From a candidate division TM6 bacterium GW2011_GWF2_37_49 (GTDB lineage: Bacteria > Babelota > Babeliae > Babelales > RVW-14): a stretch of DNA of 64,000 nucleotides. Positions 9,061 through 18,979 of the stretch are shown here, in pieces (position 1 is the stretch's first letter; each line of letters opens with the position of its first letter). Location of the stretch: positions 206,615 to 270,614 of the forward strand of contig LBTE01000001.1 of assembly GCA_000989955.1 (NCBI GenBank), read 5' to 3'. The position numbers were made by a program, and so were the translations under genes. The notes beneath the pieces are model-generated. The model was not told the origin of the DNA and made no database searches. It was given only the letters and a program-made list of their open reading frames with translations.

Positions 9061-10065
9061 TTATAAAATCCAATCGAGCAGAAGCATAGCCCAAGCTATG
9101 CCTAAAAACCATGGATATTGATCGTGATACAAAGAAAATTGTTTTTCAGTTATTTTTTCTTTTTCAAAGCCATGCAAAAGTATTATTAGCTGGTCTATAT
9201 CGCTATCTTGATAGGTTGATCGGATGTAGTTACCAGCCAACGATTGCGTTATACTGCTTAAAAGCTCTTCGTTTAATTTCGATATTGCTATTTTACCGTC
9301 TTGCTCTGTGTAGTGTCCGGTCTGCTTGCCTGAGTTGTCAAACATTGGAATTGGTGCCCCATCAGTTGTTCCTATGCCAATGGCAAAGAGATGAATATTT
9401 TGTTCGGACGCCCAATTTTTTGCCTGACCTAGATTGACTGAAAAGTCTTCTCCGTCGGTTATCATAACCAATATTTTATTTTTACGTTCTTGTGATGCCT
9501 TGAAGACTGAAATAGATTTTTGCAAAGCATTTTCTATAGAAGTTGTCCCTGACGATATTGTTTCGGCATCGATGTGGTTGAGATACATTAAAAAAGCTGC
9601 GTGGTCAACTGTTAATGGGCATTGCAAAAAGGCTGAGCCAGAGAAAACAATTAATCCAACTCTGTCTGTTTTTAGTTTTGATACAAGTGTTCGGATCTTT
9701 AGCTTTGCAAATTCCAGTCTGTTTGGCTTTAAGTCCTTGGCCAGCATGCTTTGCGAAATATCAAGCATGATAAGTAAATCGCGGCCTTCTTGGATAATGT
9801 TTTGCTCTTTTTTGTCCCACTGAGGTTGCAGTAGTGCTAGAAAAATAAATATTAATGCGGTAACCAACGAAAAAACTTTTAGCCGCTGCTTAATTAATGA
9901 AAAAGCTGGGAATATAAGTCTTTTTTGGCTTTTTACATAAAGTTTAGAACTACTATTTTTAATTCTGAAATAGTTTTTTATTACCGCAGCAATCAAAATC
10001 AAAAATATTGGAAAATAAATTATTTTATCAAATCCTGCCCAATGTATTCCTAACATTTCAATCAT
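9061..10065 (-). CDS. batB: von Willebrand factor A domain protein (BatB-like)
   Basis: vWA MIDAS motif DISQS...T..TTS...LVMITDGED; N-terminal TM. Confidence 0.6.
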   Translation of the reverse strand: MIEMLGIHWAGFDKIIYFPIFLILIAAVIKNYFRIKNSSSKLYVKSQKRLIFPAFSLIKQRLKVFSLVTALIFIFLALLQPQWDKKEQNIIQEGRDLLIMLDISQSMLAKDLKPNRLEFAKLKIRTLVSKLKTDRVGLIVFSGSAFLQCPLTVDHAAFLMYLNHIDAETISSGTTSIENALQKSISVFKASQERKNKILVMITDGEDFSVNLGQAKNWASEQNIHLFAIGIGTTDGAPIPMFDNSGKQTGHYTEQDGKIAISKLNEELLSSITQSLAGNYIRSTYQDSDIDQLIILLHGFEKEKITEKQFSLYHDQYPWFLGIAWAMLLLDWIL

Positions 10066-10067
10066 AA

Positions 10068-11057
10068 TTACACTCCTCGCCAGATAAAAAATCTTAGCAA
10101 AAATTCAAGCCCGAGTAGCGCTAAAATTATCCAAATAAATGTTAAGAATGCTTCGTAGTAATTATGAAATATTTCGCTTTCGATTTTGGTTTTTTCAAGT
10201 GAATCGATTTTATCATAAATCATGCGCATTTCTTTTGCGTTTGAAGCTTTGAAAAACTGTCCACCCGTTTTGTCGGCTATTGATTGTAAGAGTGTAGTGT
10301 TTAAGGTGTATTGTGTTTGTTGCAGTCCAAACATTGGATGATAAAAATATCCACCTTTTTCATTGCCTATCCCAATCGTGTAAATTTTGATATTAAATTG
10401 TTTTGCCATCTCAATTGCTGCGTCTGGTTCTACTTTTTCTGGCTGAGTTGGCTCTCCATCTGTCAGCAATATTATAACCTTGCTTTTTGCCTTGGAGTTT
10501 CGCAACCTGTTTACAGCGGTGGCCATTCCCGTACCTAGCCATGTGCCTGACGGGTCAATTTCTCCAAGTTTTATTTGTCCAACAAGCTCTTTTAAAATAG
10601 ATTTATCTAGTGTTAGTGGACATCGTGAAAGTGCCTCTTTACCAAATAATACAAGCCCGATTGGGTCGTTTGTTCTTTTTTCAATAAACCTGATTGCTTC
10701 GCGCTTTGCAACCTCTATTCTGGTGAGTCTGTCAGAAAGGTCATCTATTAATTGCATGCTGTCAGAAGCATCGATTGCAACTACAATGTCTATGCCTTCA
10801 ACGTTGAGCTTTGAAGATTCATCGACCCATTGCGGTCTAGCAATTAAAAAAGTTAAGCCGATTAGCGCTATGATACGCACAAAAAATAAAATTTTTTTGT
10901 GGTTGTTATTTTTTATAAATCGTGAGTTTTTTAAAAAACTTACTGCAGGAAATGTGTAAACTGGGTATTTATAAATAAATAATCGATATAAAATTACTAA
11001 TATAAACACCGGGAACAGAATGTAAAGTAAGTTGAGGTAGGCTAAGCGTAAAAACAT
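10068..11057 (-). CDS. batA: von Willebrand factor A domain protein (BatA-like)
   Basis: vWA motifs VVAIDASDSM...GTGMATAV...ILLTDGEPT; N-terminal TM helices. Confidence 0.6.
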   Translation of the reverse strand: MFLRLAYLNLLYILFPVFILVILYRLFIYKYPVYTFPAVSFLKNSRFIKNNNHKKILFFVRIIALIGLTFLIARPQWVDESSKLNVEGIDIVVAIDASDSMQLIDDLSDRLTRIEVAKREAIRFIEKRTNDPIGLVLFGKEALSRCPLTLDKSILKELVGQIKLGEIDPSGTWLGTGMATAVNRLRNSKAKSKVIILLTDGEPTQPEKVEPDAAIEMAKQFNIKIYTIGIGNEKGGYFYHPMFGLQQTQYTLNTTLLQSIADKTGGQFFKASNAKEMRMIYDKIDSLEKTKIESEIFHNYYEAFLTFIWIILALLGLEFLLRFFIWRGV

Positions 11058-11069
11058 GATGTACTCCTG

Positions 11070-11807
11070 TTATTCTGATTTTGATTCAAGCTCCTTTTCA
11101 AACCACATTTGTGTGTATTCTACAAAATCTTGGCGAGTTTGAAAATCTTTGTAATTTATTGCTGGTCCAATTTTAATTTTAACCGTTTGTGCATACGAAT
11201 CAACTAAAAAACTTTTTGATGGCAAAATTTTGTTTAATCCTGACACAGCAATCGGAATTACCGATCGATCAAGAGTTTGCGCCATAACAGCAAAGCCTGG
11301 AAATAAGCTATGTATTTTGCCGTCTGTGTAGCGTCGACCCTCGGGAAAAAGCGCAATGTGGGAGCCATAGTCACTTGCCAGCTTAAATATTTTTTCCATC
11401 GCGTGTTTTACGCTAGAATGGCTTTCTCTTTTTAATGCTACGTGCATGCGATTTAAAACAAAGCCCCAAACAGGTACTTTGGTGTACTCCGCTTTGGTTA
11501 TCCAAATTCGAGGCTGAGAGCCTAAAATTAGCTCTATCACTGGAATATCAAGGCTGGACGTATGGTTCATCACAAAAACTGCAGGATTGTTGTGATCAGG
11601 TAAGTTGTTTTTGCCATAAATTTTGTATTTTATAAAACCGAAAAAAAATATAAGCCTGGCACATACATTGACGAAGAGGTGGAAGATTCGGCTTTTATAG
11701 CGATACTTTTCTGGAAGAAGGGCAATCGGTAGGCAAAGTAGCGTGGTGATTACCAGAATCACAGGAACAAACGAATAAGCTATTACATTTTTCAAAAACT
11801 TGAACAT
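11070..11807 (-). CDS. plsC: 1-acyl-sn-glycerol-3-phosphate acyltransferase (PlsC family)
   Basis: NHTSSLD (HxxxxD) and FPEGRR acyltransferase motifs. Confidence 0.65.
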   Translation of the reverse strand: MFKFLKNVIAYSFVPVILVITTLLCLPIALLPEKYRYKSRIFHLFVNVCARLIFFFGFIKYKIYGKNNLPDHNNPAVFVMNHTSSLDIPVIELILGSQPRIWITKAEYTKVPVWGFVLNRMHVALKRESHSSVKHAMEKIFKLASDYGSHIALFPEGRRYTDGKIHSLFPGFAVMAQTLDRSVIPIAVSGLNKILPSKSFLVDSYAQTVKIKIGPAINYKDFQTRQDFVEYTQMWFEKELESKSE

Positions 11808-11810
11808 GTT

Positions 11811-12572
11811 TTATTGACCCAAAAATAGATCAGGATACGTATGCTTGATTTTGACGTAAAATATCGAAAGCAACGATAGTTGAAAAAACGATAAAAACAT
11901 GAAAATAAGAGTAATGAGCGAAATGCTGATAACAAGCGAGTACGGAATTATAAGCATTATAAAATATGCCAGATGCGATGGAGTTTCTGCAGGTGTGACG
12001 AATGAAATATTATACAAAGTTGTTGGAATTATAAATGCAAAAAAACTGAATGAGAGCCAGTTTAGAATGATAAATGGTACTACAATTGCAGGGAAATAAA
12101 TTAAAAATTTTATGCTATTTAATATTGATTCTAACATATCTCTGAATCTGAAATTTGAGTCCATGTAAAAATATGCACTTAAAAGAATGATTGAGCCAAT
12201 GCCAGAAAAAAGGCTGGATAGAAATGTTAGCGCTAGCATGCCAGGAGCGGCTGCCGTGTAGGTCGAAAAATATTGAGTATCTTTTCGTTCAAGCGATGCT
12301 CGGCTACTTAAAATATAAACAAAAAATATTAAATTTAATGCCGTGATCATGATTATGGATTCAAGCAGGGATATGGCAAGGCTGGTTTCCATCATAATTG
12401 TGTGCATGATAGGTAAAAGCAGAAATGGCACAAGCCACCAGCCAAAACCGATGGTTAGCTTGACAGATCTTACAAAGTTGTTTAGCCCAGCAAGCAGAGA
12501 GAGTTTTAACTGTCCCCACCTTAAAAGTTGAAACGAGTCTTCCCAGTAATCCAAAATTTGCTTTGAACTCAT
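11811..12572 (-). CDS. hypothetical polytopic membrane protein
   Basis: 253 aa, multiple hydrophobic helices. Confidence 0.45.
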   Translation of the reverse strand: MSSKQILDYWEDSFQLLRWGQLKLSLLAGLNNFVRSVKLTIGFGWWLVPFLLLPIMHTIMMETSLAISLLESIIMITALNLIFFVYILSSRASLERKDTQYFSTYTAAAPGMLALTFLSSLFSGIGSIILLSAYFYMDSNFRFRDMLESILNSIKFLIYFPAIVVPFIILNWLSFSFFAFIIPTTLYNISFVTPAETPSHLAYFIMLIIPYSLVISISLITLIFMFLSFFQLSLLSIFYVKIKHTYPDLFLGQ

Positions 12573-12869
12573 ACAGCTCCCGAGTTGCCCGTTCGTGGTG
12601 AGTGCTGGCCGATCCTTCGATACGATTTGCTTTACAAATCACTCAGGACGAGCGGCCAGTGTATCGAACCATGCGGGCATAATACTTGTTTCGAATGATA
12701 TTACCACCACATAATCTAAATAATTTTGAGTAAAAGCGCAAATTTAGTAAAAACAATTATCTGGAGCTGTATATAAATACATATTTGTATGTAGGCGCTT
12801 GTAGATCGGCTCATTCAAAGCCGATGTCAGTTTTTGAAGCTTTTGAAAATTTAATTCGATATGCGGCTT

Positions 12870-12925
12870 CTGGTCGGTACAAGCAGGCCGCGGTATAAAA
12901 ATTGTCAATTTCTCTTGAGCCCTGA
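12870..12925 (+). repeat. dispersed intergenic repeat, degenerate partial copy
   Basis: caagcaggccgcggtataaaaattgtcaatttctc aligns to core. Confidence 0.4.
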
Positions 12926-13108
12926 TCTGGCCGCACTTGCGAATGGCGATGGTCGATGTATGTGCCTGAAAATAATAGTTTTGGCGCGGCAGGCTTGTGG
13001 CGTCTTTTCAAATTGAATTAAGTTGATCGTTTGAAGTTTTGTTTTTTTTGTTATACGCTTATTTAATATTTTGTCAGATGTATATTTTTAAAATAAGGTG
13101 TTTTACTC

Positions 13109-13945
13109 ATGAAGCTATTGAAACAATATTTAGCTCTGGTTGTTATTTTTCTTGCAGGTTCGACAAACGCTATGAATTCGGATGAATTGGTATCGCAAGC
13201 TGTTGACATGCAGCCTCAAGAAGTTCAGGCGGCAAAAATTGCAGCGCCAAAACCAGCCGTAGTTAAAAAGTTTGAAAAATTGGTAGAGGCTGCGATGAGA
13301 GCAGATAAAGCATCTGTTAATATGCGAGTTGGCGCTGGTGTACTAAAAGAATTTTTGAAGATATTTAGCCCACTTTTTATTTTATTGATTCATATGTGTG
13401 GGACTAAAAATAGAGACTTTGTAGCGTTGATTATATACTTGCTTACGCTCTATCCTCCATTCACGCTTATTCTGATGTGCAGTTCTTCGTTAATGTGGGA
13501 GTTTGTATTTAATTATATATCCGATAATGACCTATCAACTGTCAGCGACAAATCACTTGTGGCTTTACGAGCTCTTCAACGACATGTTAATTCATTAACG
13601 CCTGAAGAAAAAAAAGAAATCGCTTTGCAGTTCAAAGAAAAATATGCTCATAAATTAAGTGAAAAAATTACAAAAGAAAAAGATGGCAAGGGCCTAGTTA
13701 TTGGACGTAGCGCGATGTCGATATTGACTGGCGTTGGTATGCCTTTAATTTATATTTTTATTATGAGGAAATTTAAATTGAATGAATCGTTGGCAAGAAG
13801 TATTAAAATAAGTGATAAAACGGCCAATGGCTTTATTTATACAATGGCAACGTTGCATGCTCTGGCTGCCGCGTATAATGCATGGTACTCAAATGATTAT
13901 CAAGAAAAATGTGCCCTACAAGAGATTGAAGCGGCTTTGGCATAA
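13109..13945 (+). CDS. hypothetical secreted/membrane protein
   Basis: Signal peptide MKLLKQYLALVVIFLAGSTNA; internal hydrophobic segment; followed by terminator hairpin. Confidence 0.45.
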   Translation: MKLLKQYLALVVIFLAGSTNAMNSDELVSQAVDMQPQEVQAAKIAAPKPAVVKKFEKLVEAAMRADKASVNMRVGAGVLKEFLKIFSPLFILLIHMCGTKNRDFVALIIYLLTLYPPFTLILMCSSSLMWEFVFNYISDNDLSTVSDKSLVALRALQRHVNSLTPEEKKEIALQFKEKYAHKLSEKITKEKDGKGLVIGRSAMSILTGVGMPLIYIFIMRKFKLNESLARSIKISDKTANGFIYTMATLHALAAAYNAWYSNDYQEKCALQEIEAALA

Positions 13946-13973
13946 TTCATAGTTTGATTTTTGAGTAAATTTT

Positions 13974-14005
13974 GGCCGGCTTGCGTAAATGTAAGCCGGT
14001 TTTTC
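13974..14005 (+). terminator. rho-independent terminator hairpin
   Basis: ggccggcttgcg-taaatg-taagccgg followed by ttttt, just 3' of CDS 13109..13945. Confidence 0.55.
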
Positions 14006-14287
14006 TTGGTGTGCGCGACATGCGCATTGTTTATAAGGTGAAAGTCCTGAATGGTGAGCGACGACAGTAACCATTAGCTAAACAGCAAGGGTGTACATCG
14101 CGAGATGTAATCTGAAAGAAGCTGTCCCTGGCTCGAGGAACACGAATCTCATAAGGCTAACGATAGTTGGATGAGTTTGCCAAACAAAACAAAATCCGTA
14201 CGCTTGATGCACAGGGCTATTTTAATCTTAATATCGAATGTATATCCCTAAAAATCGCAGTTTTGACTGGTTACAAATTTTAAATTT

Positions 14288-14785
14288 TTATTTGCAACAA
14301 ACCGATAAATCTTCAAGGATTGTTACCAAATCTTGCTCGTGCTTAACCTCATCTTCAAGAATTTTGGAAATCATGTTTGCAGTAACAAAGTCCTTGCAGT
14401 GCAGTTCTTTTAATAAACTGTCATAAAATTTGATAGCACACTGCTCGCCCTTGATATTTTCTTGCAAAATTGTCAGCGAATTTTCAGATTTTACAGCGTT
14501 ATACTTGCATCCGGCAAACTTTGACCATTCGCTTGGAAGCATTGTTACCGTTCCACCAAGTTGAATTATGCGATTGGTAATCATCTGAGCATGCCCAAGC
14601 TCTTCATTGGCGTGCTCAATGAGCTCAGCAACTACTACGCCACGCATAACGCCCTTTGCAATCTGCGCCCCAAGCCAATATTGATAATAAGCAGACCATT
14701 CATCGGCAAAAGCCGTAGTCAACTTTTTTAATAAATCTTTTTGATCAACTTCTATAATTTGTCTTGCCATCAATTTTATAGCCAT
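14288..14785 (-). CDS. ferritin-like diiron protein (bacterioferritin/Dps family-like)
   Basis: Paired E..H motifs (EELGHAQ; EDEVKHEQDL) and overall resemblance to Bfr helices. Confidence 0.45.
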   Translation of the reverse strand: MAIKLMARQIIEVDQKDLLKKLTTAFADEWSAYYQYWLGAQIAKGVMRGVVVAELIEHANEELGHAQMITNRIIQLGGTVTMLPSEWSKFAGCKYNAVKSENSLTILQENIKGEQCAIKFYDSLLKELHCKDFVTANMISKILEDEVKHEQDLVTILEDLSVCCK

Positions 14786-14945
14786 TTCAACAACTCCTTA
14801 AATTAAAAATAATGGATAACGTCTATTCATTCTAATACACATCAAACACCAAATAAAGCTTTATGTTTTGGAAAATATTGAAGTTTAACAGCACTTCCTG
14901 GCAAAATAGTATTAACTAAGTAATTTTTTATAAAAAGGGGGAGAT

Positions 14946-15428
14946 ATGAATAAATGTGCGTTTACGCTCATCGAGCTGATGATAGTCGTTGCGATCATCG
15001 CATTTCTTGCAACTGTTTCGGTACCACAATATTTTAAATACCAGGCTAAGGCAAAACAGGCTGAGGTAGCAGCAAACTTGGCTTCGCTGCATACCGCCAT
15101 GCAGGCCTATTTTATAGAACATGGCGAATATTCGACGGTATTAAACGGGGAAGGCGGGATTGGATGGAAACCTGACGGATATTCCGGAGGAGGCAAGGGT
15201 GAAAAATTTTATTACACATACGGGTTCAATTCCCCAGGAGCACAAGAAGGAGTTCATTATTTTACAGGAAAACTTGAAACGCCAAAGGAATCACTGGGAC
15301 AGACATCTGCTGACCAAAATCATTTTTTAGCCGGTGCCGCAGGAAACGTATCTGGCAGCGGAAAATCGGATGTGTGGAAAATAGATGAGCAAAGAAACCT
15401 TCAGCACGAAGTTGACGGGCTAGAATAA
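14946..15428 (+). CDS. type IV pilin / pseudopilin (prepilin N-terminal methylation motif)
   Basis: N-terminus MNKCAFTLIELMIVVAIIAFLATVSVPQY is the classic class III signal; strong RBS aaaagggggag upstream. Confidence 0.75.
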   Translation: MNKCAFTLIELMIVVAIIAFLATVSVPQYFKYQAKAKQAEVAANLASLHTAMQAYFIEHGEYSTVLNGEGGIGWKPDGYSGGGKGEKFYYTYGFNSPGAQEGVHYFTGKLETPKESLGQTSADQNHFLAGAAGNVSGSGKSDVWKIDEQRNLQHEVDGLE

Positions 15429-15434
15429 AAAATG

Positions 15435-15456
15435 GGCGCGGATGCGCCACTTTTTT
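15435..15456. terminator. bidirectional rho-independent terminator between convergent genes
   Basis: aaaaaa-gggcgcggatgcgcc-tttttt symmetric hairpin between pilin (+) and cdd (-). Confidence 0.55.
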
Positions 15457-15477
15457 CAAATAAATAAATTACAAAAA

Positions 15478-16101
15478 TTACTTTGCTGCTTCTTTTTCGT
15501 CCAATTTAAATGCGTATGGAAGCAATGTTTCTAAGCATTCAATCTTGTAATTACCATTCATTGTTCCCATAATTATAATGGCGTTTGGCTCAGCAAATTC
15601 ATTAATTACCTGTCTGCAAGCACCACATGGCGCACCAAATTCTGGTGCATCCAAAACAATTGCGATAGCCTTAATAAAATTACCTTTTTCGCCCTCAGAA
15701 ACAGCTTTGAATATCGCAGTTCTTTCAGCGCAGCAAGTAATTCCGTATGAGGCATTTTCTACGTTACAACCAGTATAAACTTTGCCACTTGTTGATAAAA
15801 CGGCTGCCCCTACCTTAAATTTTGAATAAGGGCTATACGCATTTTCACGAGCTTTCTTTGCGACTTCGAGCAAGTCATTAAAATTAAAATCAATTTTTTT
15901 AATTGCCTTCCTATCCGTAACAGATTTTTTTTCAACAGACTTTTCGCATTGCACTTCCACTCCTTTATCTTTTTTATCCGCAATAGCACACTTTCCTGTA
16001 ATTGGTTTGGCAAAACCGCTACCAAAAACAAAAATAGCCACCACAATTTTTAATAAATTTTTCATGTCAAATATCCTTTTAAAATAAGACTTTTTACTCA
16101 C
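15478..16101 (-). CDS. cdd: cytidine deaminase with N-terminal signal-peptide-bearing extension
   Basis: CMP/dCMP deaminase zinc motifs CAERTA and PCGACRQ; AYSPYSKFKVGAA core; ~60-aa N-terminal extension with hydrophobic signal (LLKIVVAIFVFGSGFA). Confidence 0.65.
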   Translation of the reverse strand: MSKKSYFKRIFDMKNLLKIVVAIFVFGSGFAKPITGKCAIADKKDKGVEVQCEKSVEKKSVTDRKAIKKIDFNFNDLLEVAKKARENAYSPYSKFKVGAAVLSTSGKVYTGCNVENASYGITCCAERTAIFKAVSEGEKGNFIKAIAIVLDAPEFGAPCGACRQVINEFAEPNAIIIMGTMNGNYKIECLETLLPYAFKLDEKEAAK

Positions 16102-16167
16102 AAATAGTGATGCATCTTACAACAAGATAAAGCTGAAATCAAGCAAATAGTTAATGAAAAATTAATA

Positions 16168-17034
16168 TTATGAAAAGAAAAATCTTATAAAATCTTTATC
16201 GAATAAAAAGTAAAAAGTGGCACCCAGAGCCAAAAATGGACCGAATGGAAGACGAGTTGTCATCTCTTTTCTGAAAATGATTAGATATAATGTCCCGATA
16301 AGCAATCCAGACAATGAACCAATCAACAACGAAAACCACACGCCAAGCGGGCCTAAAAAGCTGCCAATCAATGCAAGCAATTCCATATCTCCAACACCCA
16401 TGCCATCACGTTTGGTTACAAGCTTAAAAATAAGAGCCACAAACCAAAGACTAAAATACCCGATAAAGGCACCAATCAAGCTTGCCTTTATCGAGATAGA
16501 GATAATATTAAAGTAGGCAAACAAAAAACCCAGCGGTACAAGCCACAAAGAAAATAGCTGCGGAATAACCATTGCTTCAAGATCTGATCTAGTAGCAGCT
16601 ATCAATGCGCTGAAAAAAATAAAAAACGCACCCAGCATACATAATCCACGTAAAAAAACTTGATCTGGAATAACTGATGAAAAATTCATAGAATCAACCA
16701 TCAACTGATCTGTCGAGATAAAATAATGAAATGGAGAAAAATACGGCAATAACTTAAAAAACACACAGACAAAAATAAGACCAGAAATCAATTCAATTGC
16801 AGGATATAAAAATAAAATACGATTTTTACAATTTCTGCATTTGCCCATGAGCAAAAGCCAAGATAGCAGGGGAATATTGTCATACCAAAAAATAACATGT
16901 TCACACACAGGGCACTTTGACCGATTTGTAAAAAATGGCTTTCCAAGCGCAAATCTATGAGCAACAACATTTAAAAATGAACCCCAAACTAATCCAAATA
17001 AAAAAATTGCAATCACTATAATTGAAATCTCCAC
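16168..17034 (-). CDS. pilD: prepilin peptidase (A24 family, PilD-like)
   Basis: N-terminal Cys motif CPVCEH...CRNC; polytopic; conserved GxGDxK-like GMGVGDMEL. Confidence 0.7.
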   Translation of the reverse strand: MEISIIVIAIFLFGLVWGSFLNVVAHRFALGKPFFTNRSKCPVCEHVIFWYDNIPLLSWLLLMGKCRNCKNRILFLYPAIELISGLIFVCVFFKLLPYFSPFHYFISTDQLMVDSMNFSSVIPDQVFLRGLCMLGAFFIFFSALIAATRSDLEAMVIPQLFSLWLVPLGFLFAYFNIISISIKASLIGAFIGYFSLWFVALIFKLVTKRDGMGVGDMELLALIGSFLGPLGVWFSLLIGSLSGLLIGTLYLIIFRKEMTTRLPFGPFLALGATFYFLFDKDFIRFFFS

Positions 17035-17058
17035 TCCTTCATCCTTTCACAATACGAT

Positions 17059-18075
17059 TTAAGCTTTTATTCCTGCCTTTATTAAGTCATGAACATGAAT
17101 GACCCCAACAACAATATTATCGTGCTCAGTTACAATTAAACTTGTAATATTAAATTTATCCATCATTTCTAGTGCATTAAACGCAAGTTTCGCAAAATCA
17201 ATAGTTTTTGGGTTCAAAGTCATTACATCTGCAGCCTTTTTATCAAAAACAGATGGGCCAAATTTATCACATGCACGACGTAAATCTCCATCTGTAATCA
17301 AGCCAAGCAATTTATTGCTTCCATCCACAACTACAGCAACCCCTAATTTTTTGGAAGAAATTGTATACAATATTTCGCTGAATTTGGTTTCCAAGCTAAT
17401 TGTTGGCGATAACAGCCCTCCATGCATAAAGTGTTGCACCGTCAAAGTCAATCTACGCCCTAGAGCTCCAGCCGGATGATTTTTGGCAAAATCGGCTTTA
17501 TTAAAATTTTTAATTGAACTTACAGCAACAGCCAACGCATCGCCAAAAACCTGCATTAACGTAGAACTGCTTGTCGGTGCCAAATTTAATAGGCAGGCCT
17601 CTTTTTGCAATGGAAGCCTAATCACAAGGCGAGCCAGAGAACAAAGTTGCCCACTGCTACAACAAATTAGTACCGAATCACTAGCTCGATTGTTTAAAAC
17701 CGAATAAACACATTCAAGTTCTTCTCCACTCGCACTTTTAGAAATTCCAACAAAAAGATCTTGTTGCTGCATCATTCCCAAGTCGCCATGCAAAGCATCA
17801 CATGCATGAACAAAAATTGATGGAATGCCAAGACTAGAAAATGTTGCTGCAATTTTTTGTGCTACCAAGCCAGACTTTCCAATGCCTGAAAAAATTACCT
17901 TGCCTCTGGTGTTTATTATTTTTTCAACAAATAAAACCGCCTCGTCTGGCATATTCAATTCCAAATTTAATAAAGCATTGGCTTCATCAGCAACAATTTT
18001 TGAAATTATATCTTTTATTTTTATTGAAGCTGCGCCATGCACAGCAAACGAATCTTTTTTTTGCTGTTCCAACAT
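17059..18075 (-). CDS. kdsD: arabinose-5-phosphate isomerase (SIS + tandem CBS; KdsD/KpsF)
   Basis: SIS motif FSGIGKSGLVAQKIAATFSSLG; C-terminal CBS pair. Confidence 0.65.
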   Translation of the reverse strand: MLEQQKKDSFAVHGAASIKIKDIISKIVADEANALLNLELNMPDEAVLFVEKIINTRGKVIFSGIGKSGLVAQKIAATFSSLGIPSIFVHACDALHGDLGMMQQQDLFVGISKSASGEELECVYSVLNNRASDSVLICCSSGQLCSLARLVIRLPLQKEACLLNLAPTSSSTLMQVFGDALAVAVSSIKNFNKADFAKNHPAGALGRRLTLTVQHFMHGGLLSPTISLETKFSEILYTISSKKLGVAVVVDGSNKLLGLITDGDLRRACDKFGPSVFDKKAADVMTLNPKTIDFAKLAFNALEMMDKFNITSLIVTEHDNIVVGVIHVHDLIKAGIKA

Positions 18076-18095
18076 TTGAAAGTCCTTTATAACCT

Positions 18096-18494
18096 CTATT
18101 TCTTCCCCGCCAAATCATCACGAACCATATCAAGCAAATTATCGATTTTACTTTGTTTTTCTCTTACTTTATCGTATAAAAAGATGATATTGGGAGTGTA
18201 TCGTGGATTAAGGCGTGTTGCAAGTTCTTTGCGCATAGATGGCCTATAAAGTTTAAGTCTATCTAGCGATAGATTAAAGGCCTCTTCTGAAAACTCATCA
18301 AACGTAGACAAATAAACATAAAGGATGCCGTAATCATTAGAAAAATCCACCCTTGTTGGATAGACCTTGCCAACCAATGGCTCAGCCTCGGCTAATAATT
18401 GAATTATTTGAGTTATTTCGCGAATAAAGAGGGACTTTTTCTGTTCCCTCTTTATTTCATGACTTTTTAAAGTATGAACCATTCTTAAAAACAA
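18096..18494 (-). CDS. rbfA: ribosome-binding factor A-like
   Basis: Length and pattern (R..R....I...L....VYPTRVDFSNDYGILYVYLS...LATRLNPRYTPNIIFLYD) match RbfA KH-like fold. Confidence 0.45.
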   Translation of the reverse strand: MFLRMVHTLKSHEIKREQKKSLFIREITQIIQLLAEAEPLVGKVYPTRVDFSNDYGILYVYLSTFDEFSEEAFNLSLDRLKLYRPSMRKELATRLNPRYTPNIIFLYDKVREKQSKIDNLLDMVRDDLAGKK

Positions 18495-18497
18495 AGC

Positions 18498-18707
18498 TTA
18501 TTGAAGCATGCCTTCCATACTTTTGATTATATTATTTTTGATCGCGCGCATCAGGCGCTTTCTTCTTTTTTGCGTTGGAGGCTCAAAATAAACTTGACGC
18601 TTCATGTCACGAACGACACCCTCACGCTCAATTTTCTTTTTAAGCTGCTTGAGGCTGCGTTCCAAGCTTCCAGATACCTGAATTTCAATGTTATATGACT
18701 TAGCCAT
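18498..18707 (-). CDS. rpsU: 30S ribosomal protein S21
   Basis: 69 aa basic protein; ...GVVRDMKRQVYFEPPTQKRRKR... matches S21. Confidence 0.7.
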   Translation of the reverse strand: MAKSYNIEIQVSGSLERSLKQLKKKIEREGVVRDMKRQVYFEPPTQKRRKRLMRAIKNNIIKSMEGMLQ

Positions 18708-18979
18708 TTAAATTAACACCGCCTTGAAATACGTTAAATTTGTTTAAAAACAAAAAGATAATATCAAAAGCCCAACATTTGTCAAAGAAAAGTTAAATCA
18801 ATAAACTCTTAACTCGCAAAAATTGACAATCAGACACAATAAATTAATCTTCTCCTAATTTTGAATAAAAATAAAAAAAACACTTCACAAACAATGTTTT
18901 TGTTGTAGAATCTCATGCACCTCTAAAGTCTGTTAATTGTCAATGATAAATAATAAAACCATTACTTACGGAGTTTTAT

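Noticed and set aside
12811-13011. 66-aa minus-strand ORF in intergenic region
   Set aside because: It overlaps a dispersed-repeat copy, has no RBS and contains no conserved motifs. It is likely spurious.
12573-13108. 536-bp divergent intergenic region considered for tmRNA, RNase P or SRP RNA
   Set aside because: No tmRNA ends (GGGG…TTCGAC / …CCACCA), no RNase P P4 halves and no SRP domain IV motif were found. The only recognisable content is a hairpin at ~12590-12670 and a degenerate copy of the dispersed repeat.
14030-14160. Possible riboswitch or RNase P-like motif ('ggtgaaagtcc', 'acagtaacc')
   Set aside because: The region lies between the 3' ends of two convergent genes, with no gene downstream to regulate. 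The matches to the RNase P P4 consensus or to any riboswitch consensus are only short partial strings.
14880-14945. Possible sigma-54 promoter (ctggcaaaatagtattaac) upstream of the pilin gene
   Set aside because: The -12 element does not match TTGC, so the promoter type cannot be called.
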